From Raillietiella orientalis (lineage: Eukaryota): 64,000 nucleotides of DNA. The position numbers were made by a program, and so were the translations under genes. The stretch covers positions 620,001 to 684,000 of the forward strand of contig JAYWIR010000034.1 of the NCBI GenBank assembly GCA_036172245.1. The letters are read 5' to 3'. The stretch's first letter is position 1, and each line of letters opens with the position of its first letter. The notes under the pieces are model-generated. The model ran no database searches. It was not told where the DNA came from and was given only the letters and a program-made list of their open reading frames with translations. Shown here piece after piece: positions 1-12,270 of this stretch.

Positions 1-29
1 GTTTTGCTGCTCGTAGCAGCCGGACTGAG

Positions 30-560
30 TGGAACCTTTTAGGGTCACACTTCTTCGGTGTATCCCTTCGTTTCTCACTGGCAGCATGAGATGTTGGGGC
101 ACCCTTTTTAAGGCGCCCCGTGGCCTCACAATTGCCTCAGTATTTGGGCTCCCCTAAGTACCAGAGGTCGATGGGTTCTCCACCGACCACCGGTTTATGG
201 GGGAGTCCTATGTCCTTTGCTACCGTGATGCGCACCGCGGCTTGCCCATTAAGTATCCCGTCAAATACGCGGAATCTGTTGGATTTTTCCAACAGCGCGT
301 CGACGGTGCTGAATTCTTTGAGTTCTTCCCGCACGGCTCTCGGTAACATCCGTACGGTAATGCCTTTTAGGTGGACCACGATGGAATCGTCCACCGGAAC
401 GTGCGTGAAAGACCTGACGGCCCTCGATCTTCACGGGGATTCGCAGCAATCTCTGTGCTAGACCCGCTTCCTTGCAGATGAGCTCTACACGCTGACCCCC
501 GCTTCTGATCGTCAGCCCCGTCAGGTCTTTCTTCCTCACGTTCACTCTGCACAGCTCCTC
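30..560 (-). pseudogene. Decayed gag-like ORF1 of an L1/Tx1-type non-LTR retrotransposon with two CCHC zinc knuckles
   Basis: ORFs 261..545 and 137..394 (…VRMLPRAVREELKEF…NGQAAVRITV…GGEPIDLWYLGEPKY) continue through stops and a frameshift as *GNCEATGRLKK-CPNISCCQ*ETKGYTEEV*P, which fits two CX2CX4HX4C knuckles. Confidence 0.65.
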
Positions 561-699
561 CTCGAAGGAACGCGCAGTGCAATCATCGAAAACCCTGCCT
601 ACCTTGTAGAGTAGGCTAGGTGAAGGCTAGGGTAGGCGAGGGTAGGCTAGTTCCGTAGGCCTTGTAGGCCTCAGCCTCGGCCGTGTCCGCTGCAGAGGG

Positions 700-1683
700 T
701 GCGGCGAACACGGCATTACATTCCCTTCCCGGCGCGGGGGATGAAGCTTTGGGAACGGATGCCCCCATCCCCATGGGTACGAAGAGCGATCTTCTAATGT
801 ATCCCTGACAGTTTTTCGTGGTGGTTTCAGGCATTTCTGCCTTCCCTTCACCACTGAAGCAACGCAACAATACCAAGTAAAGCCAGGAGTCGAGAGTGCT
901 AACAAAACACGTCCGCGGCACGACTGCCAACAACCTATTTGTCGGGACCTGTTTGGCGTGCTCCCCGGGGAACTTGTGATCCCTTTTCTGTGTAAGGATA
1001 CCTTCGTGTTCCAGCAGTGCTGGAAACAGGATGCTCCTCTGCTTCCACACTGGGGGGATTTCAGTGCAATCGGCGCAAATGCCTGGTTTCCAGGGGAGTT
1101 GTCCCCTAGAACTGTCTGAGGCATGGGACAACGGTATCGTTCCCGCACCTCCTGTTGGACTGCAGTGCCATCGAGGGCATGTGGCGGAGACTCGCTTTGG
1201 TTCCCGTCGACCGCTGGATCCCTTGCTTCGGACTTGCTGCGGCGCTTTTTCTTCACGCAACGCGGGCTGAAAACGGACGCTGTGATAGCAACCATCGGTT
1301 GCATCGGCGCCATGGTGACAGTCCACCATGTATTGAGGTTACGTTCGTAACTAAGGGAGGCCACCAGCACGGCATCCTCTTCGATGAGGACGACTGCAAG
1401 GTAGCCCGAAGCCATAAGGGAGGTCGTTACCATATGTAGACTCTTCTAGAAAGAAAGGAACGGAAAAAACCAAACCACTGACTCCTGTCCGTACCCTCCA
1501 GTCTTTTTCATTTATTAATTGTCCTTTCCTTCATTCCTCACTTTTATAGAAGCCGATCTGCATGACGGTGGTCATCTCCAATAAAAAAAATTTTTCCAGG
1601 TACCTTCTTGTATTTAGAGACGCTGGAACTCCTTCTGATTAATAGTTTATTTTTAAAAGAAGCCTCCCGGCATGACGGGGTAC
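700..1683 (+). mobile_element. 5'-truncated L1/Tx1-like element (ORF2 C-terminus + 3' UTR)
   Basis: GG..WERM at ~735-760, WKQDAPLLPHWG at 1021, NCLRHGTTVSFPHLLLDCSAIEGMW at ~1110-1185, a pyrimidine-rich UTR, and terminal hairpin cccggcatgacgggg at 1666-1680. Confidence 0.75.
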
Positions 1684-2190
1684 AATCATTTCTCTGCTTC
1701 TCTTCCTCATTTAACAGACGACGGCTCTGCCGCAGCATTAGAGATTCTTCAACAACAGGCGCCACCATCATCTGAAGAGGGAGGAAATTTTCCTCGAACA
1801 GTGAGAGGTGTGGTGGACCGGAAGAGCACACACCTCACCTCTTTCTGAGCCGCAGTTTTTCTCGTGTGGGTCGGCAGAGAGTGATCAGAGCCTTCAACAA
1901 CACGGACAACAACTCTCCGATGACCTTGTGCGTCGTTTCTTTGTCCGAGATGGCCTTTATCCAGGCACCATAGTCTCTGCTACACTCTGCGGTTGCAGTC
2001 AGCTTGTCTCGAGAAGAAGTTTCGCCAACGGCGGAGGAAGGCCACCTTCTCTCCATGTCACAGAGAGCAATGACGTAGTCTCTTCCGAATAATACGGGAA
2101 ATGGGAGAGAGAGGGGATACGTATCATTGTTATAGAAAATCCGAGTAGAAAGACCGATGACCCTTCTCTTCCCGCATCATCATCATCATT

Positions 2191-2760
2191 TCATTTGTGG
2201 TCTCCTTCCTTTAGTACTCTGATCTTCTTTTCCGGACCAAGCACGCAGAAAGTTGGAACCTCAGGTGGGGGAGGATGCACTCCACGAGTGTCACGGCAGG
2301 GGGAGAGAAAGGGCATGCGGGCACTGCGGTGAGCTGAAAAGCGCGCGCCTGGCCACGGGGCGTATCCATTGTAACCACCTCGGCCGCACCAACCGGCGTG
2401 CCTTCCGCAGTCTAGGAAGGCCCTGACTGACCTCGCTTCTCCTAGGTACTTAACATTTCGGGAATGGAATCCCCTGCCAGGATTTCTGCTCCGCGTGGTG
2501 CGCTTCTTCGCGCGGGAACCTGAGCCCTCGCCGTGGATGGAAAATTTCCCGACTCTGATGAGTAGCCCCGGCCTCAGGGATGAAGGGCAGAGCAAGAAAG
2601 GCTTCGGAGGGAAGCGTACGCTGTTTGGAAGGCGGCACTTCTGTCCCCTTGAAAACAAGAGTGCAGTTGAGCATTAGATGATGAAAAAAATCAGGAACCT
2701 CGGTTTCTTTAACCCCTGTTGGTGATTCTCTCCGAATTGCTCAAAAATCCCCGTTGTGCT
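2191..2760 (-). pseudogene. Degenerate non-LTR reverse transcriptase fragment (domains ~6-7)
   Basis: ORF 2191..2658 contains GLLIRVGKFS (GLxINxxKS-like) followed by NVKYLG. Confidence 0.4.
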
Positions 2761-5700
2761 CTTCGTCCGATCCCGCTGAAAGATACTCTTTACGGAGGCA
2801 TTATGGAAACCTTAACTGATGATGCTGATCATGTGTTTTGATAGAGCATCAGAAGAACCGATGCTGTTCATCAGCAGAAGAGAATATGGTTTTGCAGACC
2901 ACTAATTCGGATGGTCCTGAGGTCAAATCCATTGCACAAGATAAACCTTTAAATAACAGAGCCAAGAGAGAGGATCACACAAAAAGAATCTTCATCATGC
3001 ACATCAATGGGAGCAGGGACTATTAAAACCACCCATCAATATCGAGAGACAGCTAAAAAAACTGCAGGGTATCTGCTTCGAAGACGGCGCGTATCGAGAA
3101 GTAGCAGCAGTTCCACTGCAGCCCTGGAAGCCGCTGAAGGGTTCCGAGATAATCGAAATCGGAGGGAGAAAAAGGCGCGTAGGATTAAGAGACGAGTTTT
3201 CGATTATTCTTGAGATGGTGCGGCGCCTTCTGGCTGTCTCCGAAATTGGAGGATCCCTCTGAAGCAGCAGAGATCTGGGAAATCGCAGTACGACTCAAGT
3301 GTTCCGAGCAGACTTTCGGCTTTTCGACAGAGGCCACTCCGCAGAGTATCACCACCGGCACACGGATGATTGCCACTAGAAAGAGAAGGCAGGCGGCCAG
3401 ACGAGCGTGGCAAAGAGGTCTCCCAGGAAGGAGAACGAACGCTCGCGCTGTCCAAAAAGATAAAGTTAGTGGCTCCGAAAGCTTTCTTCTCTAAGATTTG
3501 AGAACCGCTCCGTTCACACACATTCATCTCTTTTCGTGGTTAAGATGGATTTTTCCTCCTTTACTTTACATTTTCTATGGTTTTTTTTCCCTTCTGCTGT
3601 TTGAGCATCACAAACGGGGAAAGTTTTTTCCATGGAAATTTTTTCTTCTCCATCCGACGAATTCTTCCTTTTTCTTTTTTTTTTTTCCAAAGTTAATTGC
3701 TGCATTGATCCTGCTTTGAGGTCCTGATTCTAGATCTTAGTTCTTCCGGAACTGATCACGATGTAACGGAATACGCCTTTTCTTTAAATCAATGTTGTTG
3801 GGTTTTTTGGGATTTGCGCTTGTTCTTTAATGCGTGGCTGTCACACATTCTCGGAACGGCAAAAAAAACAAAGAGAAGCTGAAACTAGGTAACCATGCTA
3901 TCCACACACAGAGTCAGATTACGTGGCCTAAAAGTTATCTCAGTCGCATGTTAAATAAATCGTTCCTGAATGTATATGAACAACTAATTTGTAACATTTG
4001 ATCGCAGGCAATTGGTACCGCCTTCGACCCTTTCGAAGCAGTGAGTGCATTCTCAAAAAGATGAGGTGGCAACAGAAATCATTTTATGCAGTCGTTTTGT
4101 AGAATTTAACTTTGGTTTCTCATAAGACCACAGTTAAGGTTTCGCATGAGGTCTGACTTCATTAAAGTACAGCTGACAGATGTCAACCGTTTGATGCTTT
4201 CAATCCTTCGTTTTCTAGAACTCTCCAAAACCACTTGTTATCGTCTCATAGTTATATATATGTACCAAGCATTGATTACATGATGTAGCATTAACATGAC
4301 GCCTATGGAAAAATGTAGTACGAAGAAATTCTTCACAAAAACGAGAGTCATGGATTGCAAAAAAACTGGGAAACTCATTCAGATGACATTCAGTGAACTA
4401 TTCGATCCAGTAATGAGAGATCAGCAGTTTACTGCTGAGTTGTGATGGCCAGGTGCGATCATGAAAAATGGGAATTTTTCCCAATGGAAAGTGCCCTGCT
4501 TGCGTAGAAACGGTGATGTGTGGCAGAGGAATTCTTGAAAGGTTTGTCTGGATCGAGATGTGGAGTCATCAGGATAGTGCAGTGAGAAGACCCGGAAATA
4601 ATGTTCGTTATGACTGCAAACTTATTTAGGGCTTTGTGGACTGTGATTGGACAAAGATTAATCCCTGAAGAGCATCAGTCTTTGATAATTTGCTGGTTTT
4701 TTAGGCTTGCTGACAGTTTCACTTATGCTGCCTTCTAAGTACAGTCACTTTCATCAGCACAAGCTGTTTGGAATTCACTGAATTTTTGGATTTTCTGATC
4801 TTCCAGATCTTTGTCGAATTATTATGATGCGGTCCCGGACTGATTGGAAAGATCTTTGATCACGAAAGAGGCCCTACTATCAGCAATCACTTCCTCCATT
4901 CTGCCATTTCTCAACTCCTTATAAGCATCATCCATCCGCTCAAACTCCTTATTAGACACCCGGTTCTTGCAGCGACCAAGCAGCCATTCCACATCTGCTT
5001 CTCCGATTCGTCAACACTTTTTTTGGTCTAGGCAATGACGTATTTCATTCGGGATATTTTTCGAGAAACCATAGAGCTAAGAATGCAGTTAGGATTATTT
5101 ATGTCGGAAACCATTCAGGCATCCAGTCTTGACTTCATAGCAGAAGTCGCCAATGAAATGGAAGAGTACTACTTGATATTGGATCTGACCCAGAATTCAT
5201 TAATCGCCTCTGTTCTTGGCGCGCGAAGTTCTTCTTGGGGATATAAAGAATACCTCAATCAGTCTGGTGATTTCGTTACTCACGTTCTTCAGAAATCAGA
5301 AGGACCCTTCTCGTTGATGAAGGACGTCTCAAAAGGGAAAAACACACTTCGCATTCTTGATGAATGGACTCCCAGTCTACAAAAGCAAACTGATGCTCAT
5401 TTCCATCACATCTGCAAACCCTGTTAGGCGACTCAGATGTTCTGGAAAAAGGATCAGATTGGATGAAAAATGAGTTTTCAGTGACTCCAGAGATCTCACA
5501 GGGATCCTCTGAAAGTCTCGGAAACTACTGACTTCCTCTGAGGAACTGAATCTACCTATTTTCTGCAATCCCAGAATGATCTTTCAAACACCTGCTCAAG
5601 GCTTCTTATCTTTTGAGGAAAGAAATCTCGATTAAGTCAGTTTGTGGTGATCTTCAGCAGCTGCATCTAGAGGATAGCTGCAAGATACGGATACTGACTT

Positions 5701-7819
5701 CTTTTATCCGTACATATTCTGCTTGGCATGCGTTCCAGTAAAGCTCGAATCGGTCAAGACGCTTCTTCTAACAAATGATCATTTTCAGTGTTAGGGTTCC
5801 GCTGCTTTTGTGGGTCGGTTTCGTACCCCCCTTTTTTTCCAGCTACTCATTTCGAAACTACGAAGGAATCTGAAGTTCTTATATCTTCGGGAGAACCGGC
5901 TTCTCCGTCTGAATACTTCTTACAAAGTCCTCGTACAAGGGTCTCCTGTTTTTTCCATGGATCCACGCTTGGGAGAAAAGGGGGGACGTCCCAGTGTTTT
6001 GATGGTATGCTCGGCATTCTGTCCCAGTCTTTCGACGCTCATTTTTGTAACTCAATAAAGCTCAGGTCTTGCGCGTCGCGTCGGTTCCTTCAAGACATCG
6101 TATCTCATCCTGTCCGATCAAATCTCAGAATAGATTCACTTAATTTTTTGACATGATTTTCACTCTTGATCTTGTGGTGGTTACCCTACATCTGGTCCTC
6201 TGTGACGCGCTCTGTTCCCTTTTTTCTCAGGTGGATGCAACTCTCTACTTCGCATGTCTATCTGTTGATTCTGAAAAGTGTTAAGCATCATCCACCAAGC
6301 AGTAACCGTTTGCTTGGATGGCACACGCGGAAGGATTTATGCATGAAGGCCCAGGCTGGAAGGAATCCACTTGCAGATCTGCATGCCGTGCACGACTTCT
6401 GAGATTAAGCTAGCAAGGAGAATGCTTACATCCACACTCTCTCAAAAATGCAGTGGGTAGTTACACAGTTCAGTCGAGTTGTTTCGGGATGGCACCGCAT
6501 GGGAAGATTCGGTCCTGAATGCGTCACCTCGGAAAAGCTTAATGCACTGAGCAGGGATTATCCACTCGTGATCTTCTTAACTCATTTCCGTCTCAGCAAT
6601 TCGAACGGCAAGCACTAAGATGGCTGATCTCTTGAGCTTTTCATTTCGTTTTGCAGTCTGCTGCAGGAACCTTTACACAAGCATTTCGTCAGGGAAGCGC
6701 ATTCTTGGATTCTGTTCATTCCACTTGGTTTCCACTAGAGAAGCAAATCGTTTCGGAAAGTGCGTTCCTCTTCCTGGAAACATCGTGTGTCTCAGGAAAT
6801 GATCTTATCTATCACCTGAAAGAGATTAATTCTTGAATCGCTTAAACAGATTTTTTTTTTCTAAGTGTTTTCAATGTTGACTCGGGGTTTCTGGAGGGTG
6901 GACTCATACATCTGAAACTGCAACAAGCATTAAAAATGTTTCTCTACGGGAATTGCTGATGAGAAACTCGTATTCTCGAGAACAAAGTAGCTGAATAGAT
7001 CAGTTCTGAATCAGTGTGCTGTACAGGGCGGATGGACTGATAGATAAGACGAAGTGATGAATCGATAAAATGGATGTATGTCAAGCGAGGTAATGAGATT
7101 GACAAAACGGGAGAGCTGGACCAGAATGCAAATAAATCAATAGGTAGGGGCACGCAAAATAAGCAGAGATGAATGGATTCAGTAAGCCCATGACGTCAGC
7201 AAATCAGTAAATGATGGCGCAACGACCAGACTGATGCATGGAAGATCAAGTGGAATGACTCGGAGGTGATGTTTGCTTGATGAGTTTTTCTCCTCCGTTT
7301 TCATTCCTTAATATTCCAGTGGGAGGGAATACACCGTTCTTGACAAAAAAAGGGAAGAATTTTCCCGATGCAAACTCAAGCGATTCATCCCTGACGAACC
7401 CAGAGACGAATGGTACACAGATCCGTATCAAGTGTCCTTATCTGCATGAAAATTGTGAACTTTATGAGCATGATGATGCAGAAAGCAAGATATAAAACCT
7501 TGAAAAGTTCAGCCATTCCCACGTTCCCCTTGAGTTTTAAATCTGTTCAAGAGGGTCTGTGGAAGCTATTTCAGGATCATGCTCTGGAAACGGAAAGGAT
7601 GAGTTTTGCGTGTATTTGCGAATCGCGAGGTATCTCCAGCTTTCGTCTGCACAGTTTCTAGGAGAAACGCTGTGTCCTTTACGGCACTTTTTATTTTTTG
7701 CGTATCCCTGAAATCGAGTCGCTAAACACCCTTTGCTTTCTGAGGAACCGAAGGTGTAGCTGAATAAAAAGTACCCTGGTCAAGTTGGATATGTCGTAAT
7801 GTTTGCAAATGCATATGCA

Positions 7820-8550
7820 AGGTTTAAGTAGGTGGACACCGTCGATGCAGGAATGTATGAGGAACCTCGGTCCGTAGGGTTAGTGTCGGCTCTAAGTAGA
7901 GAAAGTGAAATTTTCCAAACCGGTTTTCGGCTTTCTGTCCAGATGGGTAATCAGTAAAGTTGAATAACGACGTAGGAGAGCATCGTGAGATCTTCGGAGA
8001 CTTCCCCGCTAGAGAACACTCCACCCTGCTAGAGATTCCTCGATGAGAAACATTTCCAAAGATCCTGAGTGGAAGGACCAGTGGTGCGAAGATGGTCATG
8101 ATTGGACACTTTCATTCCCTCGGCAGAGCACCAGCATCCTTTGTCACTTTACAAAGCGTCGGCCACCTTCGGAGGAGGAGAGGACGGTCGTTTCTCCCCC
8201 GTTTGAATTTCCCCGGCTCCTAGCACGAACTCTCGTGTGAGAAGAACGATCCTTCCTTCCAGCAGCAATGGGTTCTCAGTCCCTGCTCGTGATGATGCTT
8301 TGTAGACTGCCTCTTAGGATGAAATTCCGTAGGACGTTCCTCTTGAGGTCATTCCTTGATGGTCGTAAAGGTCGTTCAAAGTTCTTTGCAGTCTACGAAA
8401 ACGGAAAATGCTTGCTGGACCTTCCGTAGCGACAGTTCATTCGATCACGGGAAAGCCGCTCTGGAAGGTTCTTCCAGGACAAGATGACTTCGAGAATCTG
8501 GAGGCTCCTCTGCAGCTTCCAAGGAAAAATGAAGAGCAGTCGATGGGAGC
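7820..8550 (-). pseudogene. Degenerate non-LTR reverse transcriptase fragment
   Basis: ORF 7824..8099 contains KISRCSPTSLFNF, resembling the QGCPLSPxLFN motif; the rest is badly decayed. Confidence 0.35.
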
Positions 8551-8599
8551 CAAAGTATGTCTCCGCTTATTAGGGGATGCGAAAGCAGCAGCTGGAAAT

Positions 8600-9420
8600 C
8601 CTTTTGGGTTCTTCTGCTTTTGCTGCTCTCCTTCACACTTTTTTTTTCGGGTTTTCCTTTTTGGGGCATCAAAGGAGTGGTGAAGAACTGTTTGCTCCTT
8701 TGAAAGGAGGGAGATCACAGAGCTCTTTGACACTGTTTGTGCCATCCGAGGGTGCGTGTAACTTCAAGCTAGAGAGTTCCCAGGGAAGGGACCACCCTAT
8801 GAATTCAAGAAGACTCCGAAAGGAGTCCGTTTCGCTCACGCTTGCTAAGAAGAAACCCTAAGGAAACCCTCGCCCTCGTTGTCTCGTGGTTCCGAAGGGA
8901 GTCCGAAGGAAACCCCCTCCTTATTTTCTCCAGAGTGGTCCCCTGGAAGGAGCCACTTTTTATTTCTTCTCCGGAGGGAACCCGCAAAGTAACCGCTCCT
9001 TGTTCCCTCATACGAAGAAAACCCCGAAGGGGCGCTTCCAAATATCTCGAAAGAATGTTTCTCTGAAGGAGAGCAATGCACTTCTTGACACTCTGGAGAG
9101 GCATCAACCAGCTCCAAGGAATGCGATGGAGGGTCCCTCAGAGGGAGATGGCTCCCTTTTCACAACCGGAGGGGAACAACCCCGAAGGGAATCGCCTCCT
9201 TGATTCCAGGGAGGACCACAGAGGGCCAACTTCCGATTGTGGCCAGTCAGCGGAGGCATCCTGTTTCCACCAGTGCTGCACTCTATATCTACGGGCCAGC
9301 CAGCGTCATCCTGCGGGGGAAACTCGAAACTCACGACGCACCTTCCATTCTTGGCGTCGCGATCCTCCACGTGGGGATTCGATCCCGCAACGATTGGTAC
9401 TGCTCCCGGATGCCGCAGCT
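8600..9420 (-). mobile_element. tRNA-derived SINE copy 1
   Basis: B-box-like gggatcgaatccc (reverse complement at ~9374-9386), body with 40-bp GAAGG-repeat array, A-rich tail toward 8600-8660; aligns by eye with copies at 24.7, 31.1, 35.2, 48.7 and 61.0 kb. Confidence 0.8.
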
Positions 9421-10049
9421 ATTCGACTGTCAACGTGACCTTGATCACTAAGGAATGAGGAAGCAGCAGCTGGTTTCTGTAGGTGGCGGACAATGCATCC
9501 TTAACCCATACACCAGGATCAAGAAGAGGAAGCATGCAAGTAGGCACAGAACTTTGCGTGACGCAAGAACGATAAAGATCTGTGGAATCTTTTTGGGGTG
9601 GGGCTGAGTCCAGATTGAAGACTTCGTGATCTCCTAAGAAAGGCGGTGCTGTTTTGAGTGGTTTCCTACCCCAACAGGATGTCCCGAACCCTCCATTTGC
9701 GAGCACCACTTTGCTAGGTGGGCACCTAGCGAAGTACTTCTTCTGAGCCGTCCCACAGCGACTGTGATTCCACTGATCTTAAAGAATGGGCCTGAAGTTT
9801 CCTCCGGTAGCCTCGGGCGTGATTGCCTCGAAGAGCCGTGGGGCTTGGTCCCCGTCTGGAGACCCCTTCTCCTGTAGCCGGAAGCAATGATCTCTCACCA
9901 AGAGGCACACGTGTTTTGCCGAAGTGCTCGTGCCCTAACCTCGGAGCTCAGCAGGATTCAGGCTCCATACTGTCAGAGTTCCTCCTCTGAGCGCTCGACC
10001 TGCCGCACACTCGGATGCTGAATCTTTGAAACGATATCAAGCTCTCGAT

Positions 10050-10560
10050 GGGAAGATGGAACAGTCTTCTAGAACATTTGGAGCTTCTATCTGACGTCAT
10101 GGTGGTCTATCCAACCTTCTGACAACCTTCAGACTTTGATATTCAGCCTTGGGGATTCTTCCAGTAGTAAGCAGCCCTATTAATCAAGTAAGCGAAGGAA
10201 TTACGTGGGATAATGGAGTCGAGATCACTGTCTTCAACATCTGATGTTCTACCCATCTTGTTCTGTCCAGCTATGGTATCATTTCCAAGGATCTTTCGTT
10301 CACATCCATATCAATTGGCACCAGTTGTTCTTGGTGCCGATGTTCTGGGGAGCCTTCTTAATCGAGAGGACATCCTTTGGGTCTTTGGATGCAACACATA
10401 CCACGGCGGTGATTCGATGCTGGAGGTAACCGTATCGTTGACACCGGGCCATACGGGTACGGAGGAGGCCGGGAACGCACAAAGAGGCCAACCCTTGCAT
10501 TATTCCTAGTAAACATGAGATTTTCTCCCCCTTCCATTCGGCTGAGGATGTCGCATGGTC
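10050..10560 (-). pseudogene. Degenerate RLE endonuclease region of a NeSL/Utopia-like element
   Basis: ARCQRYGY (Zn knuckle-like), DVN, AGQNKM (cf. AAGRNKLEE at 18.7 kb) and IGLL..YW motifs occur in the expected order across frameshifts. Confidence 0.35.
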
Positions 10561-10929
10561 TCGAAAAGGGCCGTTTCCACCCAGTCGCTCCGGGACCTCT
10601 GTTTCAAAAAGGTACTCAAAAAAGTTTCAAAGGGGACGTCTGTTTCAGCTTTGCGCACGGGCAATATTATAGCCGAGGATTGCAAACAAAAAAAAGGTAC
10701 CTGTGCAGACATGTACAAATAAACTGCAACCATGTAGAAAAAAAGGAGTCATTTCTCCGTGGTAGGATCGCAATCCACTACGTCGGGAAGAGTGCTGGAG
10801 GCGATTGTTGATCGCGAGTACATCGCCTTGGCAAATCAGCACAACGAAAATAACAGATGTGAGAATTAAAAAGAAAAAAAAAGAACTTGAACATGCTTTT
10901 GGGATGGACAAGGAGAGGAACCACAGAGA

Positions 10930-12270
10930 TTCACCTGGAGTTCTCTACAGCCTTTGCAGGGGGCAAGCGATTTCCTCCTTCAGTTGTGTCACCTGGAACC
11001 ATCTTATCGCTGTTTCCATAAAGAGGGAGACGGCGGGGATGCCTCTCCTCTTCCTGTTGCCTCTGTTATCGTGATGTCCTGATGTTGTAGCTTCAGGGAG
11101 ACAGAATAAGACTGCAGTCGCGCGGATGTGAACATCATACCACGCATGAAGAAGGAGCCTCAGCAATTCTTTGAGGTATCCCCTAGGAACTCCAGGGAAG
11201 TAGTTAGACGTGCATCTTGAAGGGTGGCTCACTCGAGTAGTATGTGGCAAAGCATTTTCTTCCACCGCACCTGGCACAGTCCAGGGTTACACTTCCCCTC
11301 GTCCAGTGGTGACGTTGCCATTCGGCATGCACCGACGACTTTCTCTCCTTCTCCTCATGTCAACCACGGCGGCATCGCTCCAGGAATTCTTCCAGTTGCT
11401 ACACCGGAAAACAAGAACGAGAGCGAAAAGGATGATGCCCGTTGTGTGAAGCACCTGGACACTCCGCCATCGGGGATAAAGTTTTCAACTAGCAATAATC
11501 GCGTCTCAGTCGCCTTCCTCGGCCACGATGTTGGCCCGTCGGGGATTGTGACCCTTCCCTGCCATCCGGACAGTTCCGTGCTTCCCCTCAGATGGCAGCA
11601 CGAAGCGGCATTGCTGTTCGTGAACTGGAGCTTCCTGCCCAACCCGCGGCGACATCTCCGGGAGAAGGGGAGCGGCGTCTCTGCAAACTGCGTCGGCTGC
11701 AGGGAGGTGGAAACTTTAGCGTGCGTGTTGCTGAGTTGCGGTGACCATCGGAGCGTGCGGAAGCGCTTCGCGGCTGCTCCCCTTCGACCCGCAGGCACCC
11801 CGGAAGAGCCGCTGCTGCGCTGCTTCACGCTGAACGGCTTCCGCCTGTTTCCCCGGTCGCCCGATCCCGTGTTGCGCCTGGAGGATGGCGACGTCCCGGA
11901 ACGGCGACGAGGCGCGCCAGCAGCAAACCGGGAGCAGCAGCACGTCTCAAATCCTCAGTGACGAGGAATGTGCCAAAAGAGTCTTTGAAGGATGCCAGAG
12001 TCGAGGTTATGGACGTCGCCTGCGTCGCACACAGGTTACTGAAGACGCAGAGAGTGTGACCGGTGACCCGTGTCCCTTTCTTCCCTTTTATTTGCTTATT
12101 TATTGTCTCCTTCCCCACACCTTCCTTGCTCTTCTCCGTACTCGATCTGCGAATCAGTGATTCTCCTTTTTTTCCTCTCCTGGATCTTTTATGCACCCAT
12201 GGATTTACTGTTCCATATGGTTGGTTTCCTTTCATGGGGGGGGGAGGGGGGAAGGAATGCTCCTAGTGAG
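10930..12270 (+). mobile_element. 5'-truncated L1/Tx1-like element
   Basis: TWNHL…EGDGG at ~10990-11040; ORF 11224..11961 contains RWQHEAALLFVNWSFLP and NCVGCREVETLACVLLSC (C-terminal Cys domain); pyrimidine-rich 3' UTR at 12060-12190. Confidence 0.75.

Noticed and set aside
616..1433. Long minus-strand ORFs (237 and 268 aa) and their mirror at 27986..28582
   Set aside because: They are antisense to the LINE ORF2 C-terminus; the conserved motifs are on the opposite strand.
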